Positions 1 through 10,080 of a stretch of DNA of 51,529 nucleotides are shown in pieces; within the stretch, counting starts at the first letter, position 1, and each line of letters opens with the position of its first letter. Source of the stretch: Vicinamibacterales bacterium. GTDB taxonomy: Bacteria; Acidobacteriota; Vicinamibacteria; Vicinamibacterales; UBA2999. Both the position numbers and the translations under genes were made by a program. The stretch spans positions 1 through 51,529 of the forward strand of contig JBOGIV010000174.1 in assembly GCA_050747925.1 (NCBI GenBank). The letters run 5' to 3'. A model generated the notes under the pieces. That model saw only the letters and a program-made list of their open reading frames with translations. It was not told the origin of the DNA and searched no databases.

Positions 1-58
1 GTCGCCATGGCGAGCCACGCCCAGACATAGATGCGCAATTCCGCGAGGGCGGCATCCG

Positions 59-1279
59 TCACTGTCGCGCTCCTGCGAGCGATGAGCTCACGAGACGTTC
101 GGGGCTTACAACCGACGACAGCGCCACCTGAAGCCCTGCAACGGCCACATCACATGAGTACCGTCTGATGCGGGCGGTCACGCCGGCGTTGAAGTGTTGC
201 GGGTTGCGTGAGAGCCGCACGATCAGGTTTTCCATTCTCTGCACGAGGTCTTCGAGGCTGCCGCATGGGAACTGAAAGCCCGTCACATCGTCCGTGATCA
301 TGTCCGCGGCGCAGCCCGCGAGGTTGCTCACAATCGCGGGTAAGCCACACGCCATGGCCTCGTTGACGACGAGACCCCATGTCTCGCCCCCGTCCGACGG
401 AAGAACCAGGCAATCGGCCGCTGCATAGCGGACGGGCATTTCAGTTTGGTTGGCGAAGCCCAGAAAAGCGACCGGCGCATTGCTCTCCAAGACCTGGCGC
501 CGCAACTCAGATTCGAGTGGGCCTGAACCGATCATTGCGCCCCTGACAGCGAAGCCTCGCGCATGCAGTTTGCCCAGGGCTTCCACGAAGTCGGATGGGC
601 GCTTCTTGGGAATGAACTTGCCGGCAAACATGAACACGATGTCGCGCGAAGAAGCGCCGATCGTGGATCGAATGGCGCCCGCGGAACCGTCCTGACGAGC
701 GAGGCTGGCGCTCGCCGAGAATCGGTCGTTGTCGACAAAGTGAGGGACGAAGTGAAGCCGATTGTTGGGAACCCCGAAGTGTCGCAGGTAGTCGCGGTTG
801 GCGTGGCCGACGAACAGATGAGCGTCGATGCGCGGCAGCAACCACCGGTACGGGAGGAACTTGGCCGCGCGAACCAGCACCGATCGTGGCGTCGCCAGTT
901 GGGAATCCCCGCGCGCGAGCACCGGCATCCTCAGACGCCAACAGCCGCGAATCGCCTGGACAAAGCTCTTCAAGTACCAACCCATCACCAGGCACGCGTC
1001 GAAGCGTCCCTGTCGAAGAACCTCGCCGATCTGAGGCGTGTCGCAGCCGCCATACGCATCGACCGAGGGTCTCGGCGAAACGTTCGTGAGCCATCGGTAG
1101 CGGTAGCCGTCGAGCAGAGGCACGTCCCACTCGAATCCTCGTTCAAACCCCGCGGCGGCGTGGCCCGCCGCATCCTGACGATGGCAGTACAGGACGTCGA
1201 GCTCCACGTGGTGTGCGAGCGCTCGAAACCATGGCGCTTGGTACTGGATCGGGTGACTCGCGACGATCGCTAACCTCAT
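59..1279 (-). CDS. Glycosyltransferase, GT-B fold (GT4-like)
   Basis: Track ORF is 59..1516. I place the start at the internal ATG (cat at 1277-1279, MRLAIVASHPIQY). It forms an ATGA overlap with the upstream stop, and the 79 codons above it lie inside the upstream gene. The C-terminal motif GGETWGLVVNEAMACGLPAIVS is E-x7-E type. Confidence 0.8.
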   Translation of the reverse strand: MRLAIVASHPIQYQAPWFRALAHHVELDVLYCHRQDAAGHAAAGFERGFEWDVPLLDGYRYRWLTNVSPRPSVDAYGGCDTPQIGEVLRQGRFDACLVMGWYLKSFVQAIRGCWRLRMPVLARGDSQLATPRSVLVRAAKFLPYRWLLPRIDAHLFVGHANRDYLRHFGVPNNRLHFVPHFVDNDRFSASASLARQDGSAGAIRSTIGASSRDIVFMFAGKFIPKKRPSDFVEALGKLHARGFAVRGAMIGSGPLESELRRQVLESNAPVAFLGFANQTEMPVRYAAADCLVLPSDGGETWGLVVNEAMACGLPAIVSNLAGCAADMITDDVTGFQFPCGSLEDLVQRMENLIVRLSRNPQHFNAGVTARIRRYSCDVAVAGLQVALSSVVSPERLVSSSLAGARQ

Positions 1280-2583
1280 ACGGAGTGTGATTCCCGCGGC
1301 CGACGTCGAAGACCGACGCTGAACTGCAGCAGACGCTCCCATGACTGGGCCAGCAGCGCCCCGGTGCCGATATAGAGAAATCCCATGAGACTGATCCGAT
1401 AGCGCATCCCCACGGGTCCAACGACCAACATGCCAATGGTGAGCGCAGCGCTGACGAGAAACAGCACAAAGAGCACGTTCTCGAAATCGTTGGCTCGACG
1501 GCCCCACATCCACCAAAGCCCTGCGAGCCCAGTCAGAACGATCAGCGACTGACTCCCCACTGTCACAAGATTCCTGACTGAAGTTGCCGAACGGGCAAAG
1601 TCGAAGCCTGACACGCTGACGAAAACCTTGAGCGCCGACGTTGTCACGACCTCGATCGGATGTGCGGCGATGTATTGCCAGGCCTCCGCTTTGTAGGCTT
1701 TGTCGGCTTCGACCTCGCCGAGAGCGGCCACGCGGCCAAACTGCGCGACAAGGTGCGTCTCGCTAAGGCCCTCCGCGGTGCCCGTCGCGAAAATCGCTGG
1801 CCGAGCGTGCTCGTAGTTCGATTCGAAAAGGGTCAGCCCATCGTGCGAGCTCCCGGGGAACACGACGCCGAGGACGATGAGATTTCGGAGTGTCCAGCCG
1901 CTCACCGCGGCCACGGCGCCCACTGCTGCAGCGGCTGCCAGATCACGCGCCGGACGCAGCCCTTGGAACAGGAATACGAGAGCTGCGATCACGGCCAGCA
2001 GGATTTGCGATTGCAGGCGCGCCGCGGCGGCGATCGCTGCGCAGATCGCGACCGTCGCCCGCAGGGTCCACCGCCAAGCGCCCGAATGACCGGTCGCCGC
2101 GCTCAGCCCAGCGGCGAACAAGACGGCAATCACCGCCCACTCTCCCATGGCGGCGAGAAACACATCATCCCAGACCGGTCCGTGGGCAAGCACGAACGGG
2201 TCAACCAGAGCCACAGCGCTCGTCATGACTGCAGTGGTCTTGCCGTAGAGGAGGAACGCCGTCGCTGCGATAGCGACAATAAGAAGCACCGTGATCGGCA
2301 CGTGCAGATACCGCCACGAGCTCTCCGGCAACGTCTTGAACCCGGTCGCGAGGTACAACGGCTCGGCAGGCAAGTGAAACGCGCGTAATGGCTCTGACGG
2401 AGCCGGCGCCGCACGACCGCGAAGCCGGTGCCACGAATCCACGCCGTACACGCCGTCTCGTGCCAGGCGTTGCGCGATTTGAGTCGCCGAGTTCGGGGTC
2501 TGGAGATCACGCTCCAGAAAGGAGGCGCTACTCATCTGGACAGCGAAGCTGACTGCGCCAATCCCCAACAAGACTCGTGTCAT
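1276..2583 (-). CDS. Polytopic inner-membrane protein, candidate GT-C-type glycosyltransferase/polymerase
   Basis: Track ORF is 1276..2754. The start is taken at MTRVLLGIGAVSF (2583), 10 nt below the upstream stop at 2594. The protein has many hydrophobic spans. The first loop carries HLPAEPLYLA, which resembles the hPPLy loop of ArnT/PMT-like GT-C enzymes. Function is unverified. Confidence 0.55.
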   Translation of the reverse strand: MTRVLLGIGAVSFAVQMSSASFLERDLQTPNSATQIAQRLARDGVYGVDSWHRLRGRAAPAPSEPLRAFHLPAEPLYLATGFKTLPESSWRYLHVPITVLLIVAIAATAFLLYGKTTAVMTSAVALVDPFVLAHGPVWDDVFLAAMGEWAVIAVLFAAGLSAATGHSGAWRWTLRATVAICAAIAAAARLQSQILLAVIAALVFLFQGLRPARDLAAAAAVGAVAAVSGWTLRNLIVLGVVFPGSSHDGLTLFESNYEHARPAIFATGTAEGLSETHLVAQFGRVAALGEVEADKAYKAEAWQYIAAHPIEVVTTSALKVFVSVSGFDFARSATSVRNLVTVGSQSLIVLTGLAGLWWMWGRRANDFENVLFVLFLVSAALTIGMLVVGPVGMRYRISLMGFLYIGTGALLAQSWERLLQFSVGLRRRPRESHSV

Positions 2584-2593
2584 CGGGCGTGCC

Positions 2594-3640
2594 TTACCTG
2601 GCGAGGCTCCACATGGCCAGACGCGCCCAGCGTCCCAGGGTCTCCGACACCGTGGTGCGGCCTGCGCAGAGGTCGTAGTAGAGACACCGCAAGCGCGAGG
2701 GTGGAACGATGGGCTGGGTTGGAAGGCGGTCGTACCCTGCCGCGAGCGCCGCAAGGCGCATCGCTTCCCAGTTCACGTCCCAAATATCAAGTCGCGTGAA
2801 ATCATGGAGACCCCGCTCGGCCATCCACCTCAAGATGCCGAGGGCCTGCCAATGAAGTGTCGGGCGACACGACGACGTGACGTCGAAACCCAGGCTGGTC
2901 CACCCCTCGAGCCAGTGCGAAGGCGTCGGCGCAAGGTGAGCGCGGCGAACTCGGTAGAACCACGAGTGGTTCCGGTTGTTCCTGCCGTGGTTGCGGTCGC
3001 CCACGGTCATGAAATGGGCCTTGTACCAGTGGTTCTTCAGCACGACCGAATCAAAGTCGATCAACGAATAGTGCAACAGGACAACGTCGTGGAACTGGAA
3101 CAGACGGGCGGGCCGATCCAGCCCGACGCCACGATACACGTGCGCGCGGCCGAGGTGCTGAAAGGGACGGCCGTCGTCGACAAAGGCAAACGGCAGATAC
3201 GTCGGAGCGCCCCCGCCCGATACGATGTAATCGGACGCCGACCGCCAAAAGTGAACCCACGCAAGGCTTCCAGCGGTGCCCGGTGGCTGCTCGAGAAACG
3301 TGGTCCATTCGGGAGAAGACCGAATTTGCGCCGAGGGGATTTCGTCGGCATCCAGACACAAGAACACCGCACGTGTCGAGATTTTGCGCGCCGCCGCAAC
3401 CAGGAGCTCGTTCCGATGGCCTTCGTCATAGGTGTCTCGATCGTTGACCACGATCGACACCTTTGGAAACCGCGCGGCCAGGGCCCGCGTCTCCTCCACT
3501 CGCCCCTGGAGCACCAGGACGATGTGATCGGCCATGCTCGACCAGACTGGCAGCGCGCGTCGCAGGTTGTCCTCCTCTTCCTTAACGGCCGAGAGCACGA
3601 TCACCGGCTTTCGGCTTGGCTGAATAGCCGAATCAATCAT
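2594..3640 (-). CDS. Glycosyltransferase, GT2-like (GT-A fold)
   Basis: 348-aa ORF with an ATG at 3638-3640. The N-terminal Rossmann-like stretch is PVIVLSAVKEEEDNL...IVLV, followed by an acidic CLDADE (DxD-type) motif. It overlaps the upstream stop by 8 nt. Confidence 0.6.
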   Translation of the reverse strand: MIDSAIQPSRKPVIVLSAVKEEEDNLRRALPVWSSMADHIVLVLQGRVEETRALAARFPKVSIVVNDRDTYDEGHRNELLVAAARKISTRAVFLCLDADEIPSAQIRSSPEWTTFLEQPPGTAGSLAWVHFWRSASDYIVSGGGAPTYLPFAFVDDGRPFQHLGRAHVYRGVGLDRPARLFQFHDVVLLHYSLIDFDSVVLKNHWYKAHFMTVGDRNHGRNNRNHSWFYRVRRAHLAPTPSHWLEGWTSLGFDVTSSCRPTLHWQALGILRWMAERGLHDFTRLDIWDVNWEAMRLAALAAGYDRLPTQPIVPPSRLRCLYYDLCAGRTTVSETLGRWARLAMWSLAR

Positions 3641-4385
3641 GGAATTGTGGAGACCGGTTCGCGTGCGGCCGAGCGATCAACTCGTCTGACGAGAGTGGCT
3701 CGAGCGAATAGCCGAGCGATTGCAGCCGGTCAGAACATCGTCGATGAATCTCGTCGCCATGCGTAGCCAGGAAGATTGTCGGTCGGGCTCGTGACAAGAG
3801 CGACGCTGCTCCTGCGAGAACATCGTCTTCGCTTCCTTCGACGTCAATCTTGATGAGGTCCGGGTCGGGAAGATCTCCGCTCGCGCTCAATTCGTCCAGA
3901 GCTACGGCGGGAACCTCGAGTTGCCCTCGGGGCGTGACCAGACCCATCGAAGGCCCCCGCGAATCGTCGAAGCGGACGATACCGGAGGCATTGCCGACTG
4001 CCGCCGCAATCACCTGGACATTGGCGAGTCGATTGAGTTGAACATGCTGGTTCAGATAGGCCAGGTTGCGAGGCAGCGGTTCGAATGCGAAGACGCGGCT
4101 CGTGCCAGCAATCGACGCGGCGAGCAGCGTATAGAAACCCACATTCGCGCCGACGTCGAAGATCACTTTCGAGCGAGCCGCCTCGGCGGCAAACGCGCGC
4201 TGCTTTGGCAGCTCATAAACACCGAGCCAACATCCGTGGGTCGCGGCCCCGACGATCCATCGCGAACCTCGAAGGGGCCCTTGCACGATCGGCAGGACGA
4301 TGTGGCGTGGAATCCAGCTCAACGGGGCGCGGATCAAGCGGCCCATCGCGCTGGACCTCGGGATCCGCGACACATCAACCGCCAT
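3633..4385 (-). CDS. FkbM-family SAM-dependent methyltransferase
   Basis: Motifs VIFDVGANVGFYTL, VFAFEPLPRNLAYL and IKIDVEGSEDDVL are typical of the FkbM family. The start is ambiguous: GTG at 4403, ATG at 4385 (chosen, 11-nt overlap with the upstream stop) or ATG at 4346. Confidence 0.75.
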   Translation of the reverse strand: MAVDVSRIPRSSAMGRLIRAPLSWIPRHIVLPIVQGPLRGSRWIVGAATHGCWLGVYELPKQRAFAAEAARSKVIFDVGANVGFYTLLAASIAGTSRVFAFEPLPRNLAYLNQHVQLNRLANVQVIAAAVGNASGIVRFDDSRGPSMGLVTPRGQLEVPAVALDELSASGDLPDPDLIKIDVEGSEDDVLAGAASLLSRARPTIFLATHGDEIHRRCSDRLQSLGYSLEPLSSDELIARPHANRSPQFHD

Positions 4386-5694
4386 GAGGAGCGCTGGCGA
4401 CACGGCCTGTCACGGCGTGCGATTGAAGAATGGAATCAAACAATTCACACTGACGGCCGGCAAGACGATCCGCCCGATACCCCTCGAGCACCGACCAGTC
4501 TATGGCTGGCGCGCGTGGCTCGCGCTCGATGAGCGGCAGCAAAGACTGACTCAACTGGGCCGCCGACGCTTCGATGTCCTCGGGACCACGGAACGTCACA
4601 AACACTCCCGCTCGGCTCCGGCGTAACAGCTCGAGAACAGGACTGTGTTCGTGAACGACGGCGATGATGGGGCGCCGAGCCTCGAAGGCTTGATGGAGCT
4701 TCGATGGGGTGTACCGTTGATCCGACGATCCGAGAACGATGATGAAATGGCTGTCCTGCATCAGTCGAAGAGCGTCGAAGTACGGCACGCGGTCGGGCCA
4801 CTCCTGGACGGCGTCGCCCATGCCCTCGGTGGCCGCCTCGGGTTCGGCGCTCTTCGTCTGCCGGCCGGCCGGCGCGTAGGACGTTCCAACAAATGTCAGC
4901 CTGAGCTTGGGGAGCGCGGGCTGAAGCGCTTGGACTTTCCTCGCCGCGCGAAACAGGATGCGAGCCGGCAGCCGCATGTCGGCACTCATGGCACCGACGT
5001 AAACAGCGTGCCGCTGGCCATCGTCACGCTCGAAAAAGGCGTTCAGCCAGACGGCTCGTGACGCCTCTTCGAAATCTGCGGCGTTCGCCCCAAACGGGAG
5101 CGTCGCGCAATCGTTCTCGGCGATCCAGGGATACCGACGGCGGAGCGCTTCGTGGTACGCGGCCGAGACCGCGATGAGGCCGTCGACTCCGCCCATCGTG
5201 AACGATTCGAGCAGACGATGCATCAGTGTGGCTTGGCGGTGCTTCGGCAAGCGAACCGGCGCTGGCCTGTCGCTCACCCACGGATCCTGCATGTCGAGCA
5301 CGTACGGCGTCCCGAAGCGCCATTTCCACAGGCGCCCAAGCGGCATCGCGGCGAACATGGTCGTCGAGAAATACGTCAGGTCGATCCGCTCCCGAGCAAT
5401 GATGTCGGCGCCTGCCGCGTACAGGTGAGCGAACGCTCGCAAGGCGACGTTGCCAAATCCTAAACAGCGCGACACGCGCAGCGGCAGCGCGGCCGTTCGC
5501 GTAATCGGGATGTCGCTTGGCACGGTCGACAGAAGGCGGGGCTCGATGAGCCCCTCGAGATATGCCGGGGCGACGCACAAGACGTGCGGATCCCAGCCGA
5601 ACTGTCGGAAGAATGGCAGGCTCGTACGGACGCGGTGCATGTCCGCCGCGTTGAGCGGCGGAAAGTTCGGCGACACGATGAGCAGCTTCTTCAC
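4375..5694 (-). CDS. Glycosyltransferase-like protein (GT-B/GT4 N-terminal type)
   Basis: 439-aa ORF with a GTG start in a GTGA overlap with the upstream stop (5691-5694). The N-terminus KKLLIVSPNFPPLNAADMHRV resembles GT4-type N-domains. No clean E-x7-E motif was seen. Confidence 0.55.
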   Translation of the reverse strand: MKKLLIVSPNFPPLNAADMHRVRTSLPFFRQFGWDPHVLCVAPAYLEGLIEPRLLSTVPSDIPITRTAALPLRVSRCLGFGNVALRAFAHLYAAGADIIARERIDLTYFSTTMFAAMPLGRLWKWRFGTPYVLDMQDPWVSDRPAPVRLPKHRQATLMHRLLESFTMGGVDGLIAVSAAYHEALRRRYPWIAENDCATLPFGANAADFEEASRAVWLNAFFERDDGQRHAVYVGAMSADMRLPARILFRAARKVQALQPALPKLRLTFVGTSYAPAGRQTKSAEPEAATEGMGDAVQEWPDRVPYFDALRLMQDSHFIIVLGSSDQRYTPSKLHQAFEARRPIIAVVHEHSPVLELLRRSRAGVFVTFRGPEDIEASAAQLSQSLLPLIEREPRAPAIDWSVLEGYRADRLAGRQCELFDSILQSHAVTGRVASAPHGG

Positions 5695-6434
5695 AGCTTG
5701 ACGGCATCACACCAGAGTTCTTGGGCGTCGTAGCGAGCGTCAATCCGCTGGACAGAAAACCCTGCGCTCTCGACTTCGCGTCGCAAATCCCGTGGCCGCC
5801 AATAGAACCCGTTGAACTCAGCAGGGTCTCCGGTGCGCCACTGGTTCTGCCCCGATCTCCGCAGACCGCTCAAGTACGCCAAACGGATGGCTAAACCGCC
5901 GGGAGACCAGGCGAAGCCATCCCACAGATTCAGCCGTCTCGTGTTGAAGCGCAAGCGCGCTCCACGCCTCAGCACTCGATGGAACTCCCGCAAGTACGAT
6001 CTGACGACGACGGCGTCCGCAATGTGAATGAAGACATGGAGCGAGTACGCGTAGTCCACGGAGCCATCGGCGACCATCTGCAGGTGCGATCCGTCGGTCA
6101 CCAACAGCGAGACGTTCGACATGCCCGCCGTTGACTGCCGCGCAAATTGAATCATCGACTCCGAAATATCGACGCCCACCAGACGTACGTCCGTCGGGAA
6201 GAGTTGTCGCGCCTTCGCCAACATCCGGCCGATGCCGCATCCTAGCTCCAGCACCGTCGCCTCTGACGGGAGTCTGATGTCCCCAAAAACGTGTTCGGCA
6301 TCGATGTCAACCAGCGCCTGCCACGACTCTTCCGTGCGGTCGGTGCGGGTGTCGACTCGGTCGAACCTCGCTTCGTCGGCGCGCGCGACCTTCCAAAACG
6401 TTCTCTGTCGAGTGAGATAGTCCGGTTCAGCCAT
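5691..6434 (-). CDS. Class I SAM-dependent methyltransferase
   Basis: Track ORF is 5691..6713. The start is taken at MAEPDYLTRQ (cat at 6432-6434), overlapping the upstream stop (6427-6429) by 8 nt. Motif I is VLELGCGIGRM, followed by VGVDISESM. Confidence 0.8.
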   Translation of the reverse strand: MAEPDYLTRQRTFWKVARADEARFDRVDTRTDRTEESWQALVDIDAEHVFGDIRLPSEATVLELGCGIGRMLAKARQLFPTDVRLVGVDISESMIQFARQSTAGMSNVSLLVTDGSHLQMVADGSVDYAYSLHVFIHIADAVVVRSYLREFHRVLRRGARLRFNTRRLNLWDGFAWSPGGLAIRLAYLSGLRRSGQNQWRTGDPAEFNGFYWRPRDLRREVESAGFSVQRIDARYDAQELWCDAVKL

Positions 6435-7725
6435 GGCCCTCCACTGCCTGTGCGGCACGTGCCACCCGCGAGATCGCCAGCGGCGGAGCGAGGGCGCCGA
6501 CGATGCGCAGGTATTTCTCCTTCTCGATATCCCAGTTGTAGCGACTCTCTCCGAGCGCCCAGGCGTGGAGACGGGACGCGTCGAGCAACGAACGATTCTC
6601 AATCCAACCGCCGAGGGCGCCGGCGGCGCCCTCGACGTTTTCCGGGTCGTACGACTGAGCGGCCTGCCCCAGCTGACTGACAAGAGCGGCTTGCGCTGGA
6701 GTGCGAGTCGCAAGCGTGGCGATCCCCGCTAGGACATACGTGAAAATCTTGTTCGTGAGAGCGATCCGTCGGTTGAGAGTCCGACCGGTCTCCGTGGCCA
6801 ATCCAACGTCAAAGGTGGAGGCGATACGGACCAGCTCGTCTGACGACGCTGGCGGGTGCCAGATGATCGCATCTTGAGAGACGCCGACGTCAGAGGCGAT
6901 TCCACGCAGGCTGTCTTCGTAGCCGTCTTGCCATCGCCCCTGCAGGTGCAACTCGGTCGATCGTCGGCCGAGCCGCCCCATCGCGCTCACAACGGCTTCG
7001 AGGCCGCGATCGTGGCCGATGGTCTGAGAGAACCAATAGAGCCGGAGCGGGCCCGTCACGCGGGCTGCCACTGGCGCACTCGGTCGAGTCTTCAATGGGA
7101 AGACGTTGAGAATGGTGGTCGGAGGCCCACACGTCGAAAGCGGCGCGTAGGCGTCCGCAATACCCGGCGACGCGGCCGTCACATAATGACACTGCGGAAC
7201 GAAACGCCGCTCGATCTCTTGAACCGTGCGAAACAGAGCCGAGCGATCCCCTTCCTCAAACTCGCCACTGTGAAAGTCCTCGGCGTCGAAACCGAGGAGC
7301 GCTCCGTGGGCGCGTGCTGCCGCTGCGGCGGCGGGAAGGGCCCCAGGGTTATGTGCCACGTAAACGTCCGCGGTAATCGCTTTGGCCATCGCGGTGAGTT
7401 CCGGCGTCAGTCGATCGATCGCCCAGGGGAGTACCAGCGACTTGAGCATCGGGACGCCGTGGACGTGACGGGCAAGATTGTTGCGAATTCGGGACTTCCA
7501 ATAAAGGACTGGCGCGACGTCGCGTCGCCAGTCGATGAACGTCAAGCGCCATCCACGTGTGGCGACGAGCGCGGGATCGGCTGCCGTTGCCCAATCCACG
7601 CGATGAGCCGCCAGCACGTGGACGTCATACCCCGCCTCGACGAGGGCGTCCGCTTCTTTGACAAGCCTGGGGTTGGCGGAAGGTTGGCTCGTTGTGACGA
7701 GGCAGATCTGCACCACCGAGCTCAC
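6427..7725 (-). CDS. Glycosyltransferase-like protein (GT-B type, weak call)
   Basis: 432-aa ORF with a GTG start in a GTGA overlap (7722-7725). The N-terminal beta-alpha-beta is VQICLVTTSQPSANPRLVKEADALVEAGYDVHVL. The C-terminal TNKIFTYVLAGIATLAT looks like a GT-B donor-binding helix. Its context is inside a GT operon. Confidence 0.5.
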   Translation of the reverse strand: MSSVVQICLVTTSQPSANPRLVKEADALVEAGYDVHVLAAHRVDWATAADPALVATRGWRLTFIDWRRDVAPVLYWKSRIRNNLARHVHGVPMLKSLVLPWAIDRLTPELTAMAKAITADVYVAHNPGALPAAAAAARAHGALLGFDAEDFHSGEFEEGDRSALFRTVQEIERRFVPQCHYVTAASPGIADAYAPLSTCGPPTTILNVFPLKTRPSAPVAARVTGPLRLYWFSQTIGHDRGLEAVVSAMGRLGRRSTELHLQGRWQDGYEDSLRGIASDVGVSQDAIIWHPPASSDELVRIASTFDVGLATETGRTLNRRIALTNKIFTYVLAGIATLATRTPAQAALVSQLGQAAQSYDPENVEGAAGALGGWIENRSLLDASRLHAWALGESRYNWDIEKEKYLRIVGALAPPLAISRVARAAQAVEGHG

Positions 7726-9056
7726 GCGGCTCGTCCCGTCACCACGTCGTTGTAGATGCTCAACGTTTCCCGAGCGACATCCGCGGTCGTCCGTGGCGGC
7801 ACGGAGGGACGCAATTGCTCGAGGCGCTCCGGGTGACGGGCGAGCAAAGCGATGGCCTCGCCCAGGGCCGATGGGTCATCGAAGGGGACGAGAAGTCCGT
7901 CTTTGCCGTTGGTGACGCGCTCTCGAATCCCGCCAAGGTCTGAGCCCACGACGGGAAGACCGGCAGCCTGGGCCTCCAGCACGACCAACGGTCCTGTCTC
8001 GAGCCAGATAGAGGGCACGGCCAGGACATCGATCGAGCGGTACACATGCCCGACGTCAGCGGTTTCTTCGTGAAACACAAGCCGAGGATCCCCATTCGCT
8101 CGTTGCTGCACGTGTGCGCGATACTCGCGATCGGCAGTGGTCCTCGCAACCCCCCAGACGTGAAGCTCCACTGGTGTGTCAGCGGACAGTCGCATCACGG
8201 CATCCACGAGAACGTGCAGGCCCTTAACGGGATCGTATCGTCCGACAAAACCCACTCTCAGCACGCCAGAACCGACGCGCGCGACACGAGATTGTGCGTG
8301 CGCCTGGTCCACACCTTGCCGGCAGAGAGTCAGCTTCGTCTTCGGCACACCATTTCTTGCGAGGGCCTCCACCAGCCAACGCGACGGTGCGACAACGCGG
8401 TCCACGTGTTCGACGATCTGCTGCAGCCATTCGCGCCGATCACGGTCTCGCCTCGACGCGAGAGCCGCTCGTCGAGCTCCCGCAGGAACGCGACTCGAGT
8501 CGAGCAAGTCAGAGACAGGCCCCGGGACGTGGCTGAGGGCCCAGCCGAGCGGTCGAGGCCAACCCAGAGCCTGTAACCGACAGGCCGTGCAGGGCTCCAC
8601 TGACAACTCTCCTGAACACGGCCGCTTCCCGAAGCGCATGAAGGTCCCGCGCGCGCAGACGACGCCAGGCACGTGAAGCGTCACCATCGAATGGATGCCC
8701 CGACGCCGAACCGCCTTCAGATGCGCGAGCTCCAGGTCGCTCGTGAGCGAATGCAGGTCAACGATGCTGGGCTGAAAGGACTCGAGCACGGTTACCCACT
8801 CACTGGACGCGGAGCGCCGGAGGTCGATCGGACCGCTGTCACCTTCTTGTGCCGGAAAGCGAAACACCGGAACGCCTTGGTGGTCGTACTGTTCGCTCAG
8901 CGAATTCGCAGGCGCGGCGATGGCGACCTGCACTCCGCTCGCTTGAAGTTCTCGAGCCAGGCCACGGACGTAGATTTCGGTGCCACCGACCGAATCGGGA
9001 AAATACCACGGCACGCCGAGCAACACTCGCAAGCCGGAGGAACGGGTGTTGATCAT
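7722..9056 (-). CDS. Glycosyltransferase family 4 (GT-B)
   Basis: Track ORF is 7722..9140. The start is taken at MINTRSSGLRVLL (cat at 9054-9056), 10 nt below the upstream stop. Motifs are GGTEIYVRGLARELQ and the E-x7-E region ETGPLVVLEAQAAGLPVVGSDLGG. Confidence 0.8.
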   Translation of the reverse strand: MINTRSSGLRVLLGVPWYFPDSVGGTEIYVRGLARELQASGVQVAIAAPANSLSEQYDHQGVPVFRFPAQEGDSGPIDLRRSASSEWVTVLESFQPSIVDLHSLTSDLELAHLKAVRRRGIHSMVTLHVPGVVCARGTFMRFGKRPCSGELSVEPCTACRLQALGWPRPLGWALSHVPGPVSDLLDSSRVPAGARRAALASRRDRDRREWLQQIVEHVDRVVAPSRWLVEALARNGVPKTKLTLCRQGVDQAHAQSRVARVGSGVLRVGFVGRYDPVKGLHVLVDAVMRLSADTPVELHVWGVARTTADREYRAHVQQRANGDPRLVFHEETADVGHVYRSIDVLAVPSIWLETGPLVVLEAQAAGLPVVGSDLGGIRERVTNGKDGLLVPFDDPSALGEAIALLARHPERLEQLRPSVPPRTTADVARETLSIYNDVVTGRAA

Positions 9057-9066
9057 CTCCGCTGCC

Positions 9067-10080
9067 TTACTGCGCAGGCGCACCAACCGAGCGAAAGGCC
9101 CTGCGCCAGCGCCGATGGTGAGCAGCGATGGTTTCTGCACGGCGGTAGCCCAGGACGCGACTGAGCCATCTCAGCGTCTGCGATCCGGGCGGCAGGAAGT
9201 TGGGGACCAGCCGATCGATATCGGCGAGCAGTGAGGCAGACGCGGCGCGGTGATCGCGAGCGGCGTAAAAGCGCGCGCCCATGAAATAGATGGCGGCGAT
9301 GAGGTCCGCACGCGTCGGCGTCAGCGCGTCCTGATTCGTCCAGAATCTTTCCGCAAATCGGGCATTGCGCAAGCAGCCGTCGATGAACGCCTGATCGCTC
9401 TCACGCGAAAGCGATCCCTCGCGCTGGCGATACCAGGACACCGGACGGTCGGTCGGAACTCGATGCAGCCGGCCATTGGCCATGACCAGTCGCATCAACA
9501 GGTCGACGTCCTCGATCAAACGGCAGGATTCGTCGAAGCCACCCGTTTTCTCCAGCCACTCCCGCGAAAACAGCAGGCACCCAACTTGGAGAAAGGATTC
9601 CGCTCTTAGGACGTCGAGGAGCTGATCCTCCCCTATTCTCGGCTCGAACCAGGTGGCCACCTGCCGCGACGGCTGATCAACCATCGTCAATCGCCCCCAG
9701 TTCGAATAGAGGGCGGCCACATCGTTCGAGACCGCCACGGCTGCTGTCGCCTGCAACTCGATCTTCGACGGCTCGAGGAGGTCATCGGAATCGAGAAACT
9801 GGATCCAGTTGCCGCGGCCTGAGCGCCACCCGCGGTTCCGGGCGGCGCTCGGACCCAACGAGGATGGATTCCTCAACACGACGTGCGCGATGTCGCCGGC
9901 TTTCAGCTCGGCCCGCGCCCGCTCGGCGGTCGCGTCGGTCGAGCCGTCGTCGACGAGGACGATTTCCAGTCGATCGTGGGGGTAGGTCTGCGCCGCCACT
10001 GAGGCAAGGGTCTCGCCGATCCAGGCCTCTGCATTCAGTGCCGGAATGACGACGGTGATCAGGGGCCGTGGAGGCGTCAC
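9067..10080 (-). CDS. Glycosyltransferase family 2
   Basis: Motifs VVIPALNAEAWIGETLASVAAQTY, EIVLVDDGSTD and FLDSDD form the classic GT2 signature. The GTG start sits in a GTGA overlap (10077-10080). Confidence 0.85.
   Translation of the reverse strand: MTPPRPLITVVIPALNAEAWIGETLASVAAQTYPHDRLEIVLVDDGSTDATAERARAELKAGDIAHVVLRNPSSLGPSAARNRGWRSGRGNWIQFLDSDDLLEPSKIELQATAAVAVSNDVAALYSNWGRLTMVDQPSRQVATWFEPRIGEDQLLDVLRAESFLQVGCLLFSREWLEKTGGFDESCRLIEDVDLLMRLVMANGRLHRVPTDRPVSWYRQREGSLSRESDQAFIDGCLRNARFAERFWTNQDALTPTRADLIAAIYFMGARFYAARDHRAASASLLADIDRLVPNFLPPGSQTLRWLSRVLGYRRAETIAAHHRRWRRAFRSVGAPAQ

Noticed and set aside
1-58. A possible start of a further minus-strand gene (ATG at 54-56, 3 nt after the first glycosyltransferase stop).
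   Set aside because: Only 18 codons are visible and they have no recognisable features, so the gene cannot be supported from this window.
59-1516. N-terminal extensions of track ORFs into upstream genes. Examples are 59-1516, 1276-2754, 5691-6713, 7722-9140, 12142-13239, 27271-27879 and 27792-29111.
   Set aside because: The extended parts overlap the 3-prime ends of the preceding genes, look non-protein-like (Arg/Ser/Pro-rich) and precede obvious signal peptides or conserved N-termini. Internal ATG/GTG starts give compact 1-11 nt overlaps instead.
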